From an uncultured Bacteroidota bacterium (GTDB lineage: Bacteria; Bacteroidota; Bacteroidia; Chitinophagales; Chitinophagaceae), in assembly GCA_903927185.1 (NCBI GenBank), contig CAIYLW010000026.1, forward strand, positions 22,759 through 86,758: 64,000 bases of DNA. The letters are read 5' to 3'. Shown one piece after another: positions 41,589 through 51,671 of the stretch. The notes under the pieces were generated by a model. That model did no database searches and was not told the DNA's origin. It worked only from the letters and a program-made list of their open reading frames with translations. The translations under genes and the position numbers were made by a program. How positions within the stretch are numbered: the first letter of the stretch is position 1; each line of letters begins with the position of its first letter.

Positions 41589-43139
41589 TTAGACTTGATG
41601 AGCGGTATTTGTATCAGAACCATTGTTCTCAGGACGCATTTGCGGGAACAATAACACATCTTGAATAGATACCTGATTGGTCATCATCATGCATAGGCGA
41701 TCTATTCCAATTCCTATTCCAGAAGTTGGCGGCATACCGTATTCCAGAGCTCTCAAAAAATCGTAATCGATAAACATAGCTTCATCATCACCTCTTTCCA
41801 TCAACTTTGCTTGTTCTTCAAACCGTTCTCGTTGATCAATAGGATCGTTTAATTCAGTGTAAGCATTTGCAATTTCTTTACCATTCACCATCAGTTCAAA
41901 TCGTTCAACAAGTCCAGGTTTGCTTCTGTGTTTTTTTGTAAGTGGGCTCATCTCCACTGGGTAGTCGATAATGAATGTAGGTTGTATATAAGTGTGTTCA
42001 CTAGTTTCTCCGAATAATTCATCGATCAATTTACCTTTACCAATATTATTGGGAACAGAGATATTTAATTGCTTACATACATCTCTTAAGCCAGTCTCAT
42101 CCATCCCACTTACATCTATGCCTGTATTTTCTTTGATGGCATCCAAAATACTAATACGTCTATAAGGTGCCTTAAAATTGATAATCTTATCTCCCAAAAC
42201 CACATCAGTTGTTCCATGTAAACTCAAAGCAATTTTTTCAAACAATTGCTCTGTTGTTTCCATCATCCAGAAATAGTCTTTATAGGCAGTATACCATTCG
42301 AGTACGGTAAATTCTGGGTTGTGCGTTCGGTCCATTCCTTCATTACGGAAGTTTCTGCTAAACTCATATACCCAATCAAAACCACCAACGATTAAACGTT
42401 TTAGGTATAATTCATTCGCTATTCTAAGGTATAAAGGGATATCCAGTGCATTATGGTGTGAAATAAATGGACGGGCAGCAGCACCGCCTGGAATGCTTTG
42501 TAATACTGGTGTATCTACTTCCAAAGCACCCTGAGCATTCAGGAATTCACGGATGGTATTAACGAGTTTTGTTCTTTTTACGAAAGTATCTTTTACCTCA
42601 GGATTAATGATCAGGTCTGCATAGCGTTGGCGGTAACGGAATTCTGGATCTGTTACTGCATCAAATACATTTCCTTCCTCATCTCTTTTAACCACTGGAA
42701 GAGGCTTCAAAGATTTAGTAAGCAGGGTTAAGGTTTGTGCATGAATTGAGGTTTCCCCTGTTTTAGTGATGAATCCGAATCCTGTAACACCGATTATATC
42801 TCCAAGGTCAAGACCTGTTTTAATCACTACATCCCATAAAGTCTTGTCTTCATCCGGACAAACATCGTCTCGCTTCACGTATAACTGAATAATTCCTTTA
42901 CTATCCTGAATTTTTATGAAAAGAACTTTGCCTTTATCGTTAATACTCATAATACGGCCAGCAACACAAACTTGAGCAAACTGCTCTTTGGTCTCTTCGG
43001 TATAATTTTCTTTGATATCTGTTGAGAAGTGAGAAACAGGATAAAGTGGTGCAGGAAATGGATCGATTCCTGCTTCTTGCATTTTCGTCAACTTTTCACG
43101 ACGAATGATTTCTTGTTCAGACAAGTGGGATAAACTCAT
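41589..43139 (-). CDS. lysS: Lysine--tRNA ligase (class II)
   Basis: RYRQRYADL, GGAAARPF, LRIANELYLK, FRNEG, HNPEF, GMPPTSGIGIGIDR. Confidence 0.97.
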   Translation of the reverse strand: MSLSHLSEQEIIRREKLTKMQEAGIDPFPAPLYPVSHFSTDIKENYTEETKEQFAQVCVAGRIMSINDKGKVLFIKIQDSKGIIQLYVKRDDVCPDEDKTLWDVVIKTGLDLGDIIGVTGFGFITKTGETSIHAQTLTLLTKSLKPLPVVKRDEEGNVFDAVTDPEFRYRQRYADLIINPEVKDTFVKRTKLVNTIREFLNAQGALEVDTPVLQSIPGGAAARPFISHHNALDIPLYLRIANELYLKRLIVGGFDWVYEFSRNFRNEGMDRTHNPEFTVLEWYTAYKDYFWMMETTEQLFEKIALSLHGTTDVVLGDKIINFKAPYRRISILDAIKENTGIDVSGMDETGLRDVCKQLNISVPNNIGKGKLIDELFGETSEHTYIQPTFIIDYPVEMSPLTKKHRSKPGLVERFELMVNGKEIANAYTELNDPIDQRERFEEQAKLMERGDDEAMFIDYDFLRALEYGMPPTSGIGIGIDRLCMMMTNQVSIQDVLLFPQMRPENNGSDTNTAHQV

Positions 43140-43214
43140 AATAATAATTGCTTAGAGCGAGCAAAATTAACGCTTGTTGAGCAGGTTGACAAGGGGTAGC
43201 TAAATAATAGGTCT

Positions 43215-43811
43215 CTAGTTTTGTTTTTTATGAAAAAGTTTTTGATAGATCTCTGCTTCAGATAACTCAATCAATTCTCCTGCATGCATATTGTTAAGAC
43301 GAATATCTTCAATACTATTTCGTATCAATCGTAATGTTGGGAATCCAACTTTAGCGGTCATCTTTCTGACTTGTCTATTTTTTCCTTCAGATAAAATCAA
43401 TTCGATCCAAGGTGCAGGAATTTCTTTTCTAAATCTGATTGGAGGGTTACGTACTGGAACGATTGGATCTATTTCGAAAATTTTTGCAACTGCATTTTTG
43501 GTACGATAGATTTTTCCATCGAGGTTAATATCAACTCCATTTGATAATTCTGTAATAGCTTTTTCATTAATTGCTCCTTCAACTTGAACCCAATAACTAC
43601 GCTGATGAAAAAATTTTGGATGTAGCAATCGATGATTTAATTGTTTATCATTTGTAAGTAAAAGCAAACCTTCACTATCAAAATCCAATCTTCCAACAGG
43701 ATATACATCTTTTGGAACCTTACAAAAATCAGCTAAAGTTTGTTTGCCTTCTTCCCGTGAAAATTGAGAAAGTACTTGATAAGGTTTGTATAATTGGAAG
43801 TAGTAATTCAT
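43215..43811 (-). CDS. rRNA pseudouridine synthase (RluE-like, no S4 domain)
   Basis: YKPYQVL, GRLDFDSEGLLLLT (catalytic Asp), EGKNRQVRKM. Confidence 0.9.
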   Translation of the reverse strand: MNYYFQLYKPYQVLSQFSREEGKQTLADFCKVPKDVYPVGRLDFDSEGLLLLTNDKQLNHRLLHPKFFHQRSYWVQVEGAINEKAITELSNGVDINLDGKIYRTKNAVAKIFEIDPIVPVRNPPIRFRKEIPAPWIELILSEGKNRQVRKMTAKVGFPTLRLIRNSIEDIRLNNMHAGELIELSEAEIYQKLFHKKQN

Positions 43812-43886
43812 AAAAAACAAAAGTCCCGCAGAAGCGAGACTTTGTATATGGATGGGTTAGTAAGTACCAGGAAATCAACTTTCCTT
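43812..43886 (-). ncRNA. Candidate small RNA or leader RNA (5' hairpin, single-stranded linker, intrinsic terminator)
   Basis: Promoter TTTG-N19-TAATATTG (43920-43890); hairpin AGGAAA-GTTGA-TTTCCT; terminator AAAGTCTCGC-TTCT-GCGGGACTTT followed by TGTTTTTT. Confidence 0.5.
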
Positions 43887-44230
43887 ACACAATATTAAAA
43901 AACCTTTTATCTAATGCAAAAATATTTTTAAACAATTTTATTAACATTTTCAAGCAGGTTGTGAATTTCATAGCTTTTTTTGACATTGTTTTTCGAAATA
44001 ATTATCATTTTTTCCCAAAATAAATAATCAAAATTTTAAAATAAAATTGGCTGAAACATCAACGAATAAAGGTTTTCAGCTGAAAATTAAAAATTTAAAC
44101 TTGCTAATGAAATAGAATTTGATTCATCAAAGTAACCTTAAAAAAGTTTGGTTAAAAGGCTCGATTTTTATTAAAAATAATTTCTGCTTTGCAGTAGACA
44201 TTACCTTTGATTTTCACAAAAAACTCAGTT

Positions 44231-45175
44231 ATGAAGTTTCCTGCTCCTGTTTCTGTTGAATGGCTGGCTGATTTAATCGGCGCCGAAATTTCCGGTAATC
44301 GCAGTTTACAGATAAGTGGCATCAATGAAATACATAAAGTAATGAAGGGTGATCTTGTTTTTGTTGATCATCCAAAGTATTACGAAACATGTTTAAACAG
44401 CGAAGCAAGTTTCATCATTATTAATACAAAAGAAGTTTCTGTTCCAGCAGGCAAAACTATTTTTATTGTTGAAGAACCATTTGAATCGTATCTAAAAATT
44501 GTACAGTACTTTAAACCTTTTGTTGCTGCAGAAAAATCAATTAGCGATAATTTAGTGATTGGTGAAGGATCTGTTATAATGCCAAATGTATTTGTAGGGA
44601 ATCAGGTAGTGATTGGAAAAAATTCGGTGATTTATCCTAATGTAAGTTTGTTGGATGGAACAATTATTGGAGATAATGTAATTATTCAAGCCGGCACCGT
44701 TATTGGTAGCGATGCATTTTATTATAACACAAAAAAGAATCGAGAGAGTTGGTTTAAGCGAATGCAAAGTTGTGGTAATGTAGTAATCGAAGACAATGTA
44801 GAAATTGGTGCTGGATGTACCATCGATCGTGGAGTAACTGCTGAAACAAGAATTGGTTTTGGAACTAAAATGGATAATATGGTGCACATCGGTCATGATA
44901 CCACCATTGGAAAAAATTGTTTATTTGCGGCACAAGTGGGTATTGCTGGCGGAACAATTATTGAAGATGGTGTTACACTATGGGGACAAGTTGGGGTTAG
45001 TAAAACGCTTACAATTGGAGCAAATGCGGTAGTGCTTGCGCAGAGTGGTGTGCCTTCTTCCTTAGCCGGAGGGAAAACTTATTTTGGGTATCCTGCTGAA
45101 GATGCTTCCTTAAAGCGAAGAGAATTGGTATGGATTAAACGTATTCCTGAGCTTTGGAAAAAAGTAATGGAATAA
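44231..45175 (+). CDS. lpxD: UDP-3-O-acyl-glucosamine N-acyltransferase (LpxD-like)
   Basis: LpxD N-domain; hexapeptide repeats; IGAGCTIDRG, KMDNMVHIGHD, AQVGIAG. Confidence 0.85.
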   Translation: MKFPAPVSVEWLADLIGAEISGNRSLQISGINEIHKVMKGDLVFVDHPKYYETCLNSEASFIIINTKEVSVPAGKTIFIVEEPFESYLKIVQYFKPFVAAEKSISDNLVIGEGSVIMPNVFVGNQVVIGKNSVIYPNVSLLDGTIIGDNVIIQAGTVIGSDAFYYNTKKNRESWFKRMQSCGNVVIEDNVEIGAGCTIDRGVTAETRIGFGTKMDNMVHIGHDTTIGKNCLFAAQVGIAGGTIIEDGVTLWGQVGVSKTLTIGANAVVLAQSGVPSSLAGGKTYFGYPAEDASLKRRELVWIKRIPELWKKVME

Positions 45176-45213
45176 AAAAAAGTCCTCCCGATTATTCGAG
45201 AGGACTTTTTTTT
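45174..45213. terminator. Bidirectional terminator between lpxD and hemL
   Basis: A-run, agtcctc-ccgattattcga-gaggact, T-run. Confidence 0.85.
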
Positions 45214-45214
45214 A

Positions 45215-46513
45215 TTAGAAAGAACTCAAAGCTAAGTGGGTAGCTTCAATGGTCTTATCCAAATCTGCATATGTTAATGCATTATTCAAAAACCAGCTTT
45301 CGAAAGCTGAAGGGGGGAGATAAATACCTTGATCTAACATGGCATGAAAATACTTTTTAAACAAATCGTTATTGGCTGATGCTGCTGTAGCAAAATCAGT
45401 TACGGGATGATCGCTAAAGTGTATACTAATCATTGAACCAAAACGATTTATCACATAGGGTTGTCCCCAGTTTGACAATATCTTTTCAAGTCCTTGATGT
45501 AAATAAGCAGTTTTTTGATTCAACTCTTCATAAATATGGGGATTGCTCTTAAGTTCTTTTAATAAAGTATATCCAGCTATCATGGCGATGGGATTCCCGC
45601 TTAAAGTACCCGCCTGATATACATTTCCAAGAGGTGCAATATGTTCCATAATTGCTTGCTTGCCACCGAAAGCACCAACAGGCATTCCTGCTCCAATTAC
45701 TTTTCCATAAGTAACTAAGTCTGCTTGTATGCCTAATTTTTCTTGAGCACCTCCAGCAGACAAACGAAATCCAGTCATTACTTCATCGAAAATAAAAACG
45801 ATCGATTCTTCATCACAAATTTTCCTTAGTCCTTCTAGAAACCCAGTTGCAGGTAATACACATCCCATATTTCCTGCAACAGGTTCAACTATTATGGCAG
45901 CTATTTCGCCTTTGTTTTCACCTATTAATTTCTTTACTGCATCCAAATCATTATAAGGAGCAACTAAAGTATCGTTTGCAACTCCAGCTGTAACTCCGGG
46001 AACAGTTTGAATATTAAAAGTAGCCAAGCCGCTTCCTGCTTTTACAAGAAAAGAATCTGCGTGTCCGTGATAATGGCCTTCAAATTTGATAATCTTGTTT
46101 TTGCCTGTGTAACCTCTTGCTAATCTGATTGCACTCATACAAGCCTCGGTACCACTGCTTACCATTCTAATTAAATCAATTCCGGGAGTCATACTACAAA
46201 TCAACTCCGCCATTTCAATTTCTAATTCTGTAGGGGCTCCATATGAAGTAGAATAAGGGGCATATTCTTGAATAGCTTCTACTACAGGAGCATAAGCGTG
46301 ACCTAAAATCATGGGCCCCCAGGATGCGATAAAATCGATGTATTGATTGCCATCAACATCATATAAATAGGCACCCTTGGCCTTTTTAATAAATACTGGA
46401 TGGCCTCCAACACTTTTAAATGCCCTAACTGGAGAGTTAACGCCGCCAGGGATTGTTTTTTGTGCTCTTTCAAAAAGTGATGCACTGTTTGTTCTATTCA
46501 TCTTCATGATCAT
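45215..46513 (-). CDS. hemL: Glutamate-1-semialdehyde 2,1-aminomutase
   Basis: [45 protein letters not shown]. Confidence 0.96.
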   Translation of the reverse strand: MIMKMNRTNSASLFERAQKTIPGGVNSPVRAFKSVGGHPVFIKKAKGAYLYDVDGNQYIDFIASWGPMILGHAYAPVVEAIQEYAPYSTSYGAPTELEIEMAELICSMTPGIDLIRMVSSGTEACMSAIRLARGYTGKNKIIKFEGHYHGHADSFLVKAGSGLATFNIQTVPGVTAGVANDTLVAPYNDLDAVKKLIGENKGEIAAIIVEPVAGNMGCVLPATGFLEGLRKICDEESIVFIFDEVMTGFRLSAGGAQEKLGIQADLVTYGKVIGAGMPVGAFGGKQAIMEHIAPLGNVYQAGTLSGNPIAMIAGYTLLKELKSNPHIYEELNQKTAYLHQGLEKILSNWGQPYVINRFGSMISIHFSDHPVTDFATAASANNDLFKKYFHAMLDQGIYLPPSAFESWFLNNALTYADLDKTIEATHLALSSF

Positions 46514-46520
46514 TCAAAAA

Positions 46521-47495
46521 TTATCCAAGTAATCTTACTGCGTCTTTTGCGAAATACGTAGCAATCAAATCAGCACCAGCTCTTTTAATGGAACCTAGTG
46601 TTTCTAGTATTGCTTTGTCTTCTTCAATCCAACCCATTTTCGCAGCTGCTTTTATCATCGCGTATTCGCCGCTGATATTGTAAGCACTTACCGGCACTTC
46701 TACAGCATTTTTGATTTCGCGAATAATATCTAAATAGGAAAGAGCGGGTTTAATCATTACGATATCTGCACCCTCTTCGATATCCATCAATGTTTCCCTA
46801 ACGGCTTCTATGCGATTACCATAATCCATCTGATAAGTTTTCTTATCGCCAAAACCAGGTGCGCTATCTAATGCATTTCTAAAAGGGCCATAAAAGCAAG
46901 ACGCATATTTGGCGCTATAACTCATGATCCCAGTTTTACTGAAGTTATTTTCTTCAAGTGCCTGGCGAATTGCTCCGATACGGCCATCCATCATATCACT
47001 CGGTGCCACAAAGTCTGCTCCAGCAGAAGCATGACTAACACTCATTGCTGCTAAAACTTCTACTGTTGCGTCGTTTACAATTTCATTATTTTCTACAATG
47101 CCATCATGACCATAACTAGAAAACGGATCAAGTGCTACATCAGTCATGATGCACATTTCAGGAACGGCCTCTTTAATTGCGCGAATACTACGTTGCATTA
47201 ATCCATTTGGATTAAGCGCTTCTGTTCCTTTGTTATCTTTCAAATTATCTTCGCACTTAATAAAGAGTAACACCGACTTTAAACCCATTGCCCACAATTC
47301 ACGAACTTCTTTGATGGTTTGATCTAATGAGCGACGAAAATATCCAGGCATGGAGCTGATTTCAGAAACGATATTTTCTCCTTCCACTATAAATAATGGA
47401 ACAATAAAATCATTGGGAGTTAATATTGTTTCACGCACCATTGCTCTGATAGCAGGGCTTTGGCGGAGTATTCGGTTTCTTCTTTGTAAATACAT
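46521..47495 (-). CDS. hemB: Porphobilinogen synthase
   Basis: DVALDPF, APSDMMDGRI, SYSAKY, YGPFR, MIKP, YNISGEY. Confidence 0.96.
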   Translation of the reverse strand: MYLQRRNRILRQSPAIRAMVRETILTPNDFIVPLFIVEGENIVSEISSMPGYFRRSLDQTIKEVRELWAMGLKSVLLFIKCEDNLKDNKGTEALNPNGLMQRSIRAIKEAVPEMCIMTDVALDPFSSYGHDGIVENNEIVNDATVEVLAAMSVSHASAGADFVAPSDMMDGRIGAIRQALEENNFSKTGIMSYSAKYASCFYGPFRNALDSAPGFGDKKTYQMDYGNRIEAVRETLMDIEEGADIVMIKPALSYLDIIREIKNAVEVPVSAYNISGEYAMIKAAAKMGWIEEDKAILETLGSIKRAGADLIATYFAKDAVRLLG

Positions 47496-47504
47496 ATTCT
47501 TAAG

Positions 47505-48536
47505 TTAAATACTGTATTCTTTTACAGCGTCCACAAATGCTCTAGCATGGTCAACTGGAATATTCGGAGTAATACCATGTCCAAGGTTTGCAATATATTT
47601 TTGTGCACCGAAACTATTGATCATTTCGATAACCGACTTTTTAATTTCAGGAATAGGTGCCAACAATTTAGCGGGATCAAAATTACCTTGTAATGTTATT
47701 TTGTTACCGGTTAATTCGCGGGCCATTTCTGGGCTTACACACCAATCAATTCCTAAGCCCGATGCACTGCTATTACTTAGATCTTTAAGTGCATACCAAC
47801 TTCCTTTTGGAAAAAGAATAACTGGCGCATCTTCCTTCAAAGCATCGGCAATTTGAAGTAAATAAGGTTGAGCTAGTACTTTGAAATCTGCTGGACTTAA
47901 TGCGCCAGACCAACTATCAAATACTTGTAAGGTATCAGCTCCAGCTTTTACTTGCGCTTTTAAGTAGGCAATAGTAATAGTGGTAATTTTTTGTAATAGT
48001 TCATGAGTAAGCGCAGTTTGGGTATAAGCAAATTGTTTTGCTTTTTCCCAGGTTTTAGAACCCTTTCCTTCAATCATATAACAAAAGATGGTCCAAGGTG
48101 CACCAGCAAAACCTATTAAAGGAACACGACCATTTAAAGCACTTTTTGTAAGACTAAGGGCTTGCATTACATAGGAGAGACTTTCTTCAACTCCTTCTGT
48201 AATCAAGGCATCAACATCGGCTTTGGAGATAATTGTTTTGGGTAAAACGGGTCCTTTATTTTCTTCTAATAACACTGTTAAACCCATTGCTTGAGGAATC
48301 ACTAGTATGTCTGAGAATATGATTGCAGCATCAACTCCAATTTGATCAACGGGTTGTAATGTGATTTCTGTAGCAAGTGCAGGTGTTTGAACACGCGTGA
48401 AAAAATCATATTTTTCACGAAGTTTAATATAATCTGGTAGATATCGGCCTGCCTGACGCATCATCCAAACAGGAGGGCGTTCAACTTTCTCATTACGTAA
48501 AGCTCTTAATAGTAGATCATTTTTTAATAAGGTCAT
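47505..48536 (-). CDS. hemE: Uroporphyrinogen decarboxylase
   Basis: [35 protein letters not shown]. Confidence 0.96.
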   Translation of the reverse strand: MTLLKNDLLLRALRNEKVERPPVWMMRQAGRYLPDYIKLREKYDFFTRVQTPALATEITLQPVDQIGVDAAIIFSDILVIPQAMGLTVLLEENKGPVLPKTIISKADVDALITEGVEESLSYVMQALSLTKSALNGRVPLIGFAGAPWTIFCYMIEGKGSKTWEKAKQFAYTQTALTHELLQKITTITIAYLKAQVKAGADTLQVFDSWSGALSPADFKVLAQPYLLQIADALKEDAPVILFPKGSWYALKDLSNSSASGLGIDWCVSPEMARELTGNKITLQGNFDPAKLLAPIPEIKKSVIEMINSFGAQKYIANLGHGITPNIPVDHARAFVDAVKEYSI

Positions 48537-48558
48537 ATAGAAATCTGGGATTATTATT

Positions 48559-49287
48559 TTAATTAGTATCTAAAAAATAGTCGATCATTTTTTTAACAAG
48601 CTTGTCTTTACCCGGCAATTCAGATACAACAATTTTATTTATTGTTTTGGAAGCCAATTCTGCAGCAGTAGTAGTTCCAATTGAAAATAGAACAGTTGAA
48701 GCAACTAATTGGTTTGATTTAAAAAAACTGGAAACTGCACTTGGACTGAAAAAAAGTATACCGTGATATGTTTTATCAAGTGTATGAGACACTTCTTTTG
48801 TTTGGTAAACTTCTATTTCGTTTACTCTGATGCCATTATTACGAAGGATATTGGGTAATTCCTCTCTTCGCTGATCGCCACAGAAAAAACAAAGTTTATT
48901 TGTCATTCTATCTTCCACAATCAATCCAGCTAATTCTGCTGCATTAGTTGCTGTTCCAATAATTACTCCTTCACCGAAATGATGTTTCACCAATTTATTC
49001 GTTGTAATGCCGATGCAATATACCTTCCAATCGGGTTTAGATTTAGTTATATAAGAGGCTACGGCATCTACAGCATTCATACTGGTAAACACAACTATCG
49101 ACTCGGTTAGAAGTAATTCTTTTATTTTTTTGCTGAGCTCTTTATCATTGATTGGGGTAGTTTCAATAAAAGAGAGACAATCTATATCAATACCAAGATC
49201 CTTCGCAATTTTTATTTGCGAAGGATCGATGGGGCGTGTTGATAATATTTGAATTCTATTTTGCAGTAGTTCTAATTTTTTCGGCAA
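48559..49287 (-). CDS. hemD: Uroporphyrinogen-III synthase (non-AUG start likely)
   Basis: [27 protein letters not shown]; position between hemC and hemE. Confidence 0.88.
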   Translation of the reverse strand: MPKKLELLQNRIQILSTRPIDPSQIKIAKDLGIDIDCLSFIETTPINDKELSKKIKELLLTESIVVFTSMNAVDAVASYITKSKPDWKVYCIGITTNKLVKHHFGEGVIIGTATNAAELAGLIVEDRMTNKLCFFCGDQRREELPNILRNNGIRVNEIEVYQTKEVSHTLDKTYHGILFFSPSAVSSFFKSNQLVASTVLFSIGTTTAAELASKTINKIVVSELPGKDKLVKKMIDYFLDTN

Positions 49288-50182
49288 TTGCTAAACCGCC
49301 ATTTTCCAAAATCTTTTGAGCTGCTTTAATCCCAAGATCATGAATAGAGGATTCAATAGGCTCTATCATTTCTACTTCTGCTTTCTCTTTTCCATCTAAT
49401 GAAAGAATATTTCCTTTAAAAAAAACATGTTCATTTTTGATTTCTGCAAAAGCACTGATTGGTGTAGAGCAGCCCCCAAGCAATGTTCTTAGGAAATCTC
49501 TTTCAATTTTCGTGCAACTTGCTGTTGTAGGGTTGTTAATTGTTGCAGTAGCATCTAAAACAAAGTTGTCATTATCTCTTGAAACTATCATGATGGCACC
49601 CTGTGCAGGAGCTGGTAACATCCAGTTAAGATCTATTGAGTTTTCAGGACGAACACCAATGCGCTCTAAACCAGCAGCAGCAAATATGGCTCCTTCCCAA
49701 TTTTGTTCTTTCAATTTTTGTAGACGAGTATTTACGTTCCCGCGAATATTTTCAATAAGATGATTAGGGTAACGATTTAGCCACTGAGATTTTCTACGAA
49801 TACTACTTGTAGCTATTACAACAGTAGATTCAAAATCATTAAGAAAAACAATATCCGATTTATATACAAATATGTCTTTCTGAGATGCCCTAGCTAATAC
49901 AGCAGCCTGAATCAACCCAACTGGCAAAACTGTAGGCACATCTTTCATCGAATGTACTGCAATATCAATTCGATTATTTAATAAGGCAATGTCTAAGCTT
50001 CTTGTAAAAACACCTTGAACTCCCATTTCGTATAAGGGGGTCTGCAAATCAATATCTCCCTCACTTTTAATATAAACCAGTTCGGCTTCGTATCCTTCTA
50101 ATTCCAACAGCCTTTTTACTTCATTTGCCTGCCAGACCGCTAACTGACTTTCTCTGGTACCAATTCTAATAATTTTTTGCAT
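49256..50182 (-). CDS. hemC: Hydroxymethylbilane synthase
   Basis: GTRESQLAVWQA, VHSMKDVP, TSSIRR, IRGNVNTRL, ERDFLRTLLGGC. Confidence 0.96.
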   Translation of the reverse strand: MQKIIRIGTRESQLAVWQANEVKRLLELEGYEAELVYIKSEGDIDLQTPLYEMGVQGVFTRSLDIALLNNRIDIAVHSMKDVPTVLPVGLIQAAVLARASQKDIFVYKSDIVFLNDFESTVVIATSSIRRKSQWLNRYPNHLIENIRGNVNTRLQKLKEQNWEGAIFAAAGLERIGVRPENSIDLNWMLPAPAQGAIMIVSRDNDNFVLDATATINNPTTASCTKIERDFLRTLLGGCSTPISAFAEIKNEHVFFKGNILSLDGKEKAEVEMIEPIESSIHDLGIKAAQKILENGGLAIAEKIRTTAK

Positions 50183-50190
50183 CTTATTTT

Positions 50191-51423
50191 TTATGCTGTA
50201 GCGATAAACTCATTTAAAGCTTCTAAATAATAGCAGCCTTGTTGATTTTGCTCTTTCATTTTTACCGCCATGCCATTAACCAATTTCTGAATCTTTTCGT
50301 CGTTCTTATGAACAGGAGCACTACTGAATTTCGCTGAATAGTTGATAAAAATATCACATTGATGCAACTGCTCCAACTTTGTTTTAATGGCTTTCAATAC
50401 TGGCACATTTCTGCGCATCTTATGCCATTCAATAAACTCATGGCTATATTTTTCTATAATTTCCAAGGCTTTTGGCACTTCTTCTTGCCTTTTCTGAAGA
50501 GTACTATCCTTAATTTTTGAAAGTTCATCCACGTTCACCAATTGGATATTTGTTAATTCCTTTGCGGAAACTTCTACATTATAAGGAATAGATAAATCGA
50601 GAATGAGTTTTTGATTACCACCAGCTAATTGGTCTTTAGTGATAACAGGCTTTTGAGAATTGGTGGCTACTATTATAATATCTGAAGAAGCAACTACTTC
50701 ATCCATTACTTCAATGGGTGCAAATCGAATTCCCATTTCTAAAGCCAACTCAGCTGCTTTTGAAATAGTTCTATTCACCAAAACGATATTTTTAGTATCC
50801 AGATAGTCTACTAAATTTTTGCAAGTATTCTTTCCGATTTTACCAATACCTAATAATGCAATTTTCTTTCCTTCGATTATTGGAAATTGATCACGAATGT
50901 ATTGCACAGCTGCAAAGGAAACTGAAACCGTACCCCCACTTAATAATGTGGTTGTTTTAATTTCTTTTGAAGCTTGGAGAACAGCGTTCACTAATCTTTC
51001 CATATACCCACCCATGCAATGATGTTCTTTAGAAAATTTTACTGCTTTTTTAATTTGACCCACTATTTCATAATCACCTAAAATTTGCGAGTCCAGACCT
51101 GCTCCAACCTGAAATAAATGTTGCATCGCTTCTTCACCCTTTTTTGTATAAGCGATTTCATTAAATAGTTCTGCTCCACCTTCAGTATGTTGGCAAATTA
51201 AATTAGTTAAAGAAGAGGCATCTTCTGCAAAGCCATAAATTTCTGTTCTATTACAAGTAGACAAAACAAATAAATCAGTTAAACCGATTTTCTCCGCATC
51301 GGATAAAATTTGTGAATACTGTTCTTCACCAACAGCAAATAAACTTCTGCGAGTTGCATCTGTTTTTTTATAGTTGACTCCAACAACAAAAAAGTTTACT
51401 ATTTCTATTTGTCTGTATTGCAC
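50191..51423 (-). CDS. hemA: Glutamyl-tRNA reductase
   Basis: LSTCNRTE, GLDSQILGDYEIVGQ, SVSFAAV, VNRT, DLSIP. Confidence 0.95.
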   Translation of the reverse strand: MQYRQIEIVNFFVVGVNYKKTDATRRSLFAVGEEQYSQILSDAEKIGLTDLFVLSTCNRTEIYGFAEDASSLTNLICQHTEGGAELFNEIAYTKKGEEAMQHLFQVGAGLDSQILGDYEIVGQIKKAVKFSKEHHCMGGYMERLVNAVLQASKEIKTTTLLSGGTVSVSFAAVQYIRDQFPIIEGKKIALLGIGKIGKNTCKNLVDYLDTKNIVLVNRTISKAAELALEMGIRFAPIEVMDEVVASSDIIIVATNSQKPVITKDQLAGGNQKLILDLSIPYNVEVSAKELTNIQLVNVDELSKIKDSTLQKRQEEVPKALEIIEKYSHEFIEWHKMRRNVPVLKAIKTKLEQLHQCDIFINYSAKFSSAPVHKNDEKIQKLVNGMAVKMKEQNQQGCYYLEALNEFIATA

Positions 51424-51484
51424 TAGTTCTAAATAATGTTCAGCTTCAAAATTAGTCGTAGCAATCGTTATAGGGAAAGCCGGA

Positions 51485-51500
51485 TGTCATATTACTGTCA
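51485..51500 (-). promoter_or_regulatory. Direct repeat TGACA-N6-TGACA upstream of the hemA promoter
   Basis: TGACA-GTAATA-TGACA on the minus strand, 30 nt before TAATTTTG (51454-51447). Confidence 0.55.
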
Positions 51501-51509
51501 TTTCGTGAT

Positions 51510-51545
51510 ATGATTTATATCATGTTAACACTTGATTACCATCAT
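51510..51545. promoter_or_regulatory. Two FNR/CRP-like boxes, 22 bp apart
   Basis: ATGAT-TTAT-ATCAT (51510-51523) and TTGAT-TACC-ATCAT (51532-51545), compared with the FNR consensus TTGAT-N4-ATCAA. Confidence 0.55.
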
Positions 51546-51600
51546 ATTTAATTAAGTATTTTTTACGCTAAGGCATGTTTAACTATTCAAATTTAATTTC

Positions 51601-51616
51601 TGACAATGCCATGACT
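51601..51616 (+). promoter_or_regulatory. Direct repeat TGACA-N6-TGACT upstream of the hemH promoter
   Basis: TGACA-ATGCCA-TGACT, 30 nt before TATATTTG (51647-51654). Confidence 0.55.
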
Positions 51617-51671
51617 CAAAAATAAGTTTGCGACTAAATACCTAACTATATTTGAATTTAACCAAGAAAGA

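Noticed and set aside
43140-43214. Possible Lys-codon leader or T-box upstream of lysS, by analogy with cysS
   Set aside because: Only a promoter box (TAATTTTG) and a short leader are present; no uORF or T-box motif.
43848-43898. Plus-strand 16-aa ORF MDGLVSTRKSTFLTQY antisense to the candidate sRNA
   Set aside because: No plus-strand promoter seen, not hydrophobic or codon-biased, and the promoter and terminator polarity favour a minus-strand RNA. Not excluded.
43921-44200. Hidden gene or RNA in the long AT-rich gap before lpxD
   Set aside because: No credible ORF or stable structure found; A/T tracts are consistent with promoter DNA.
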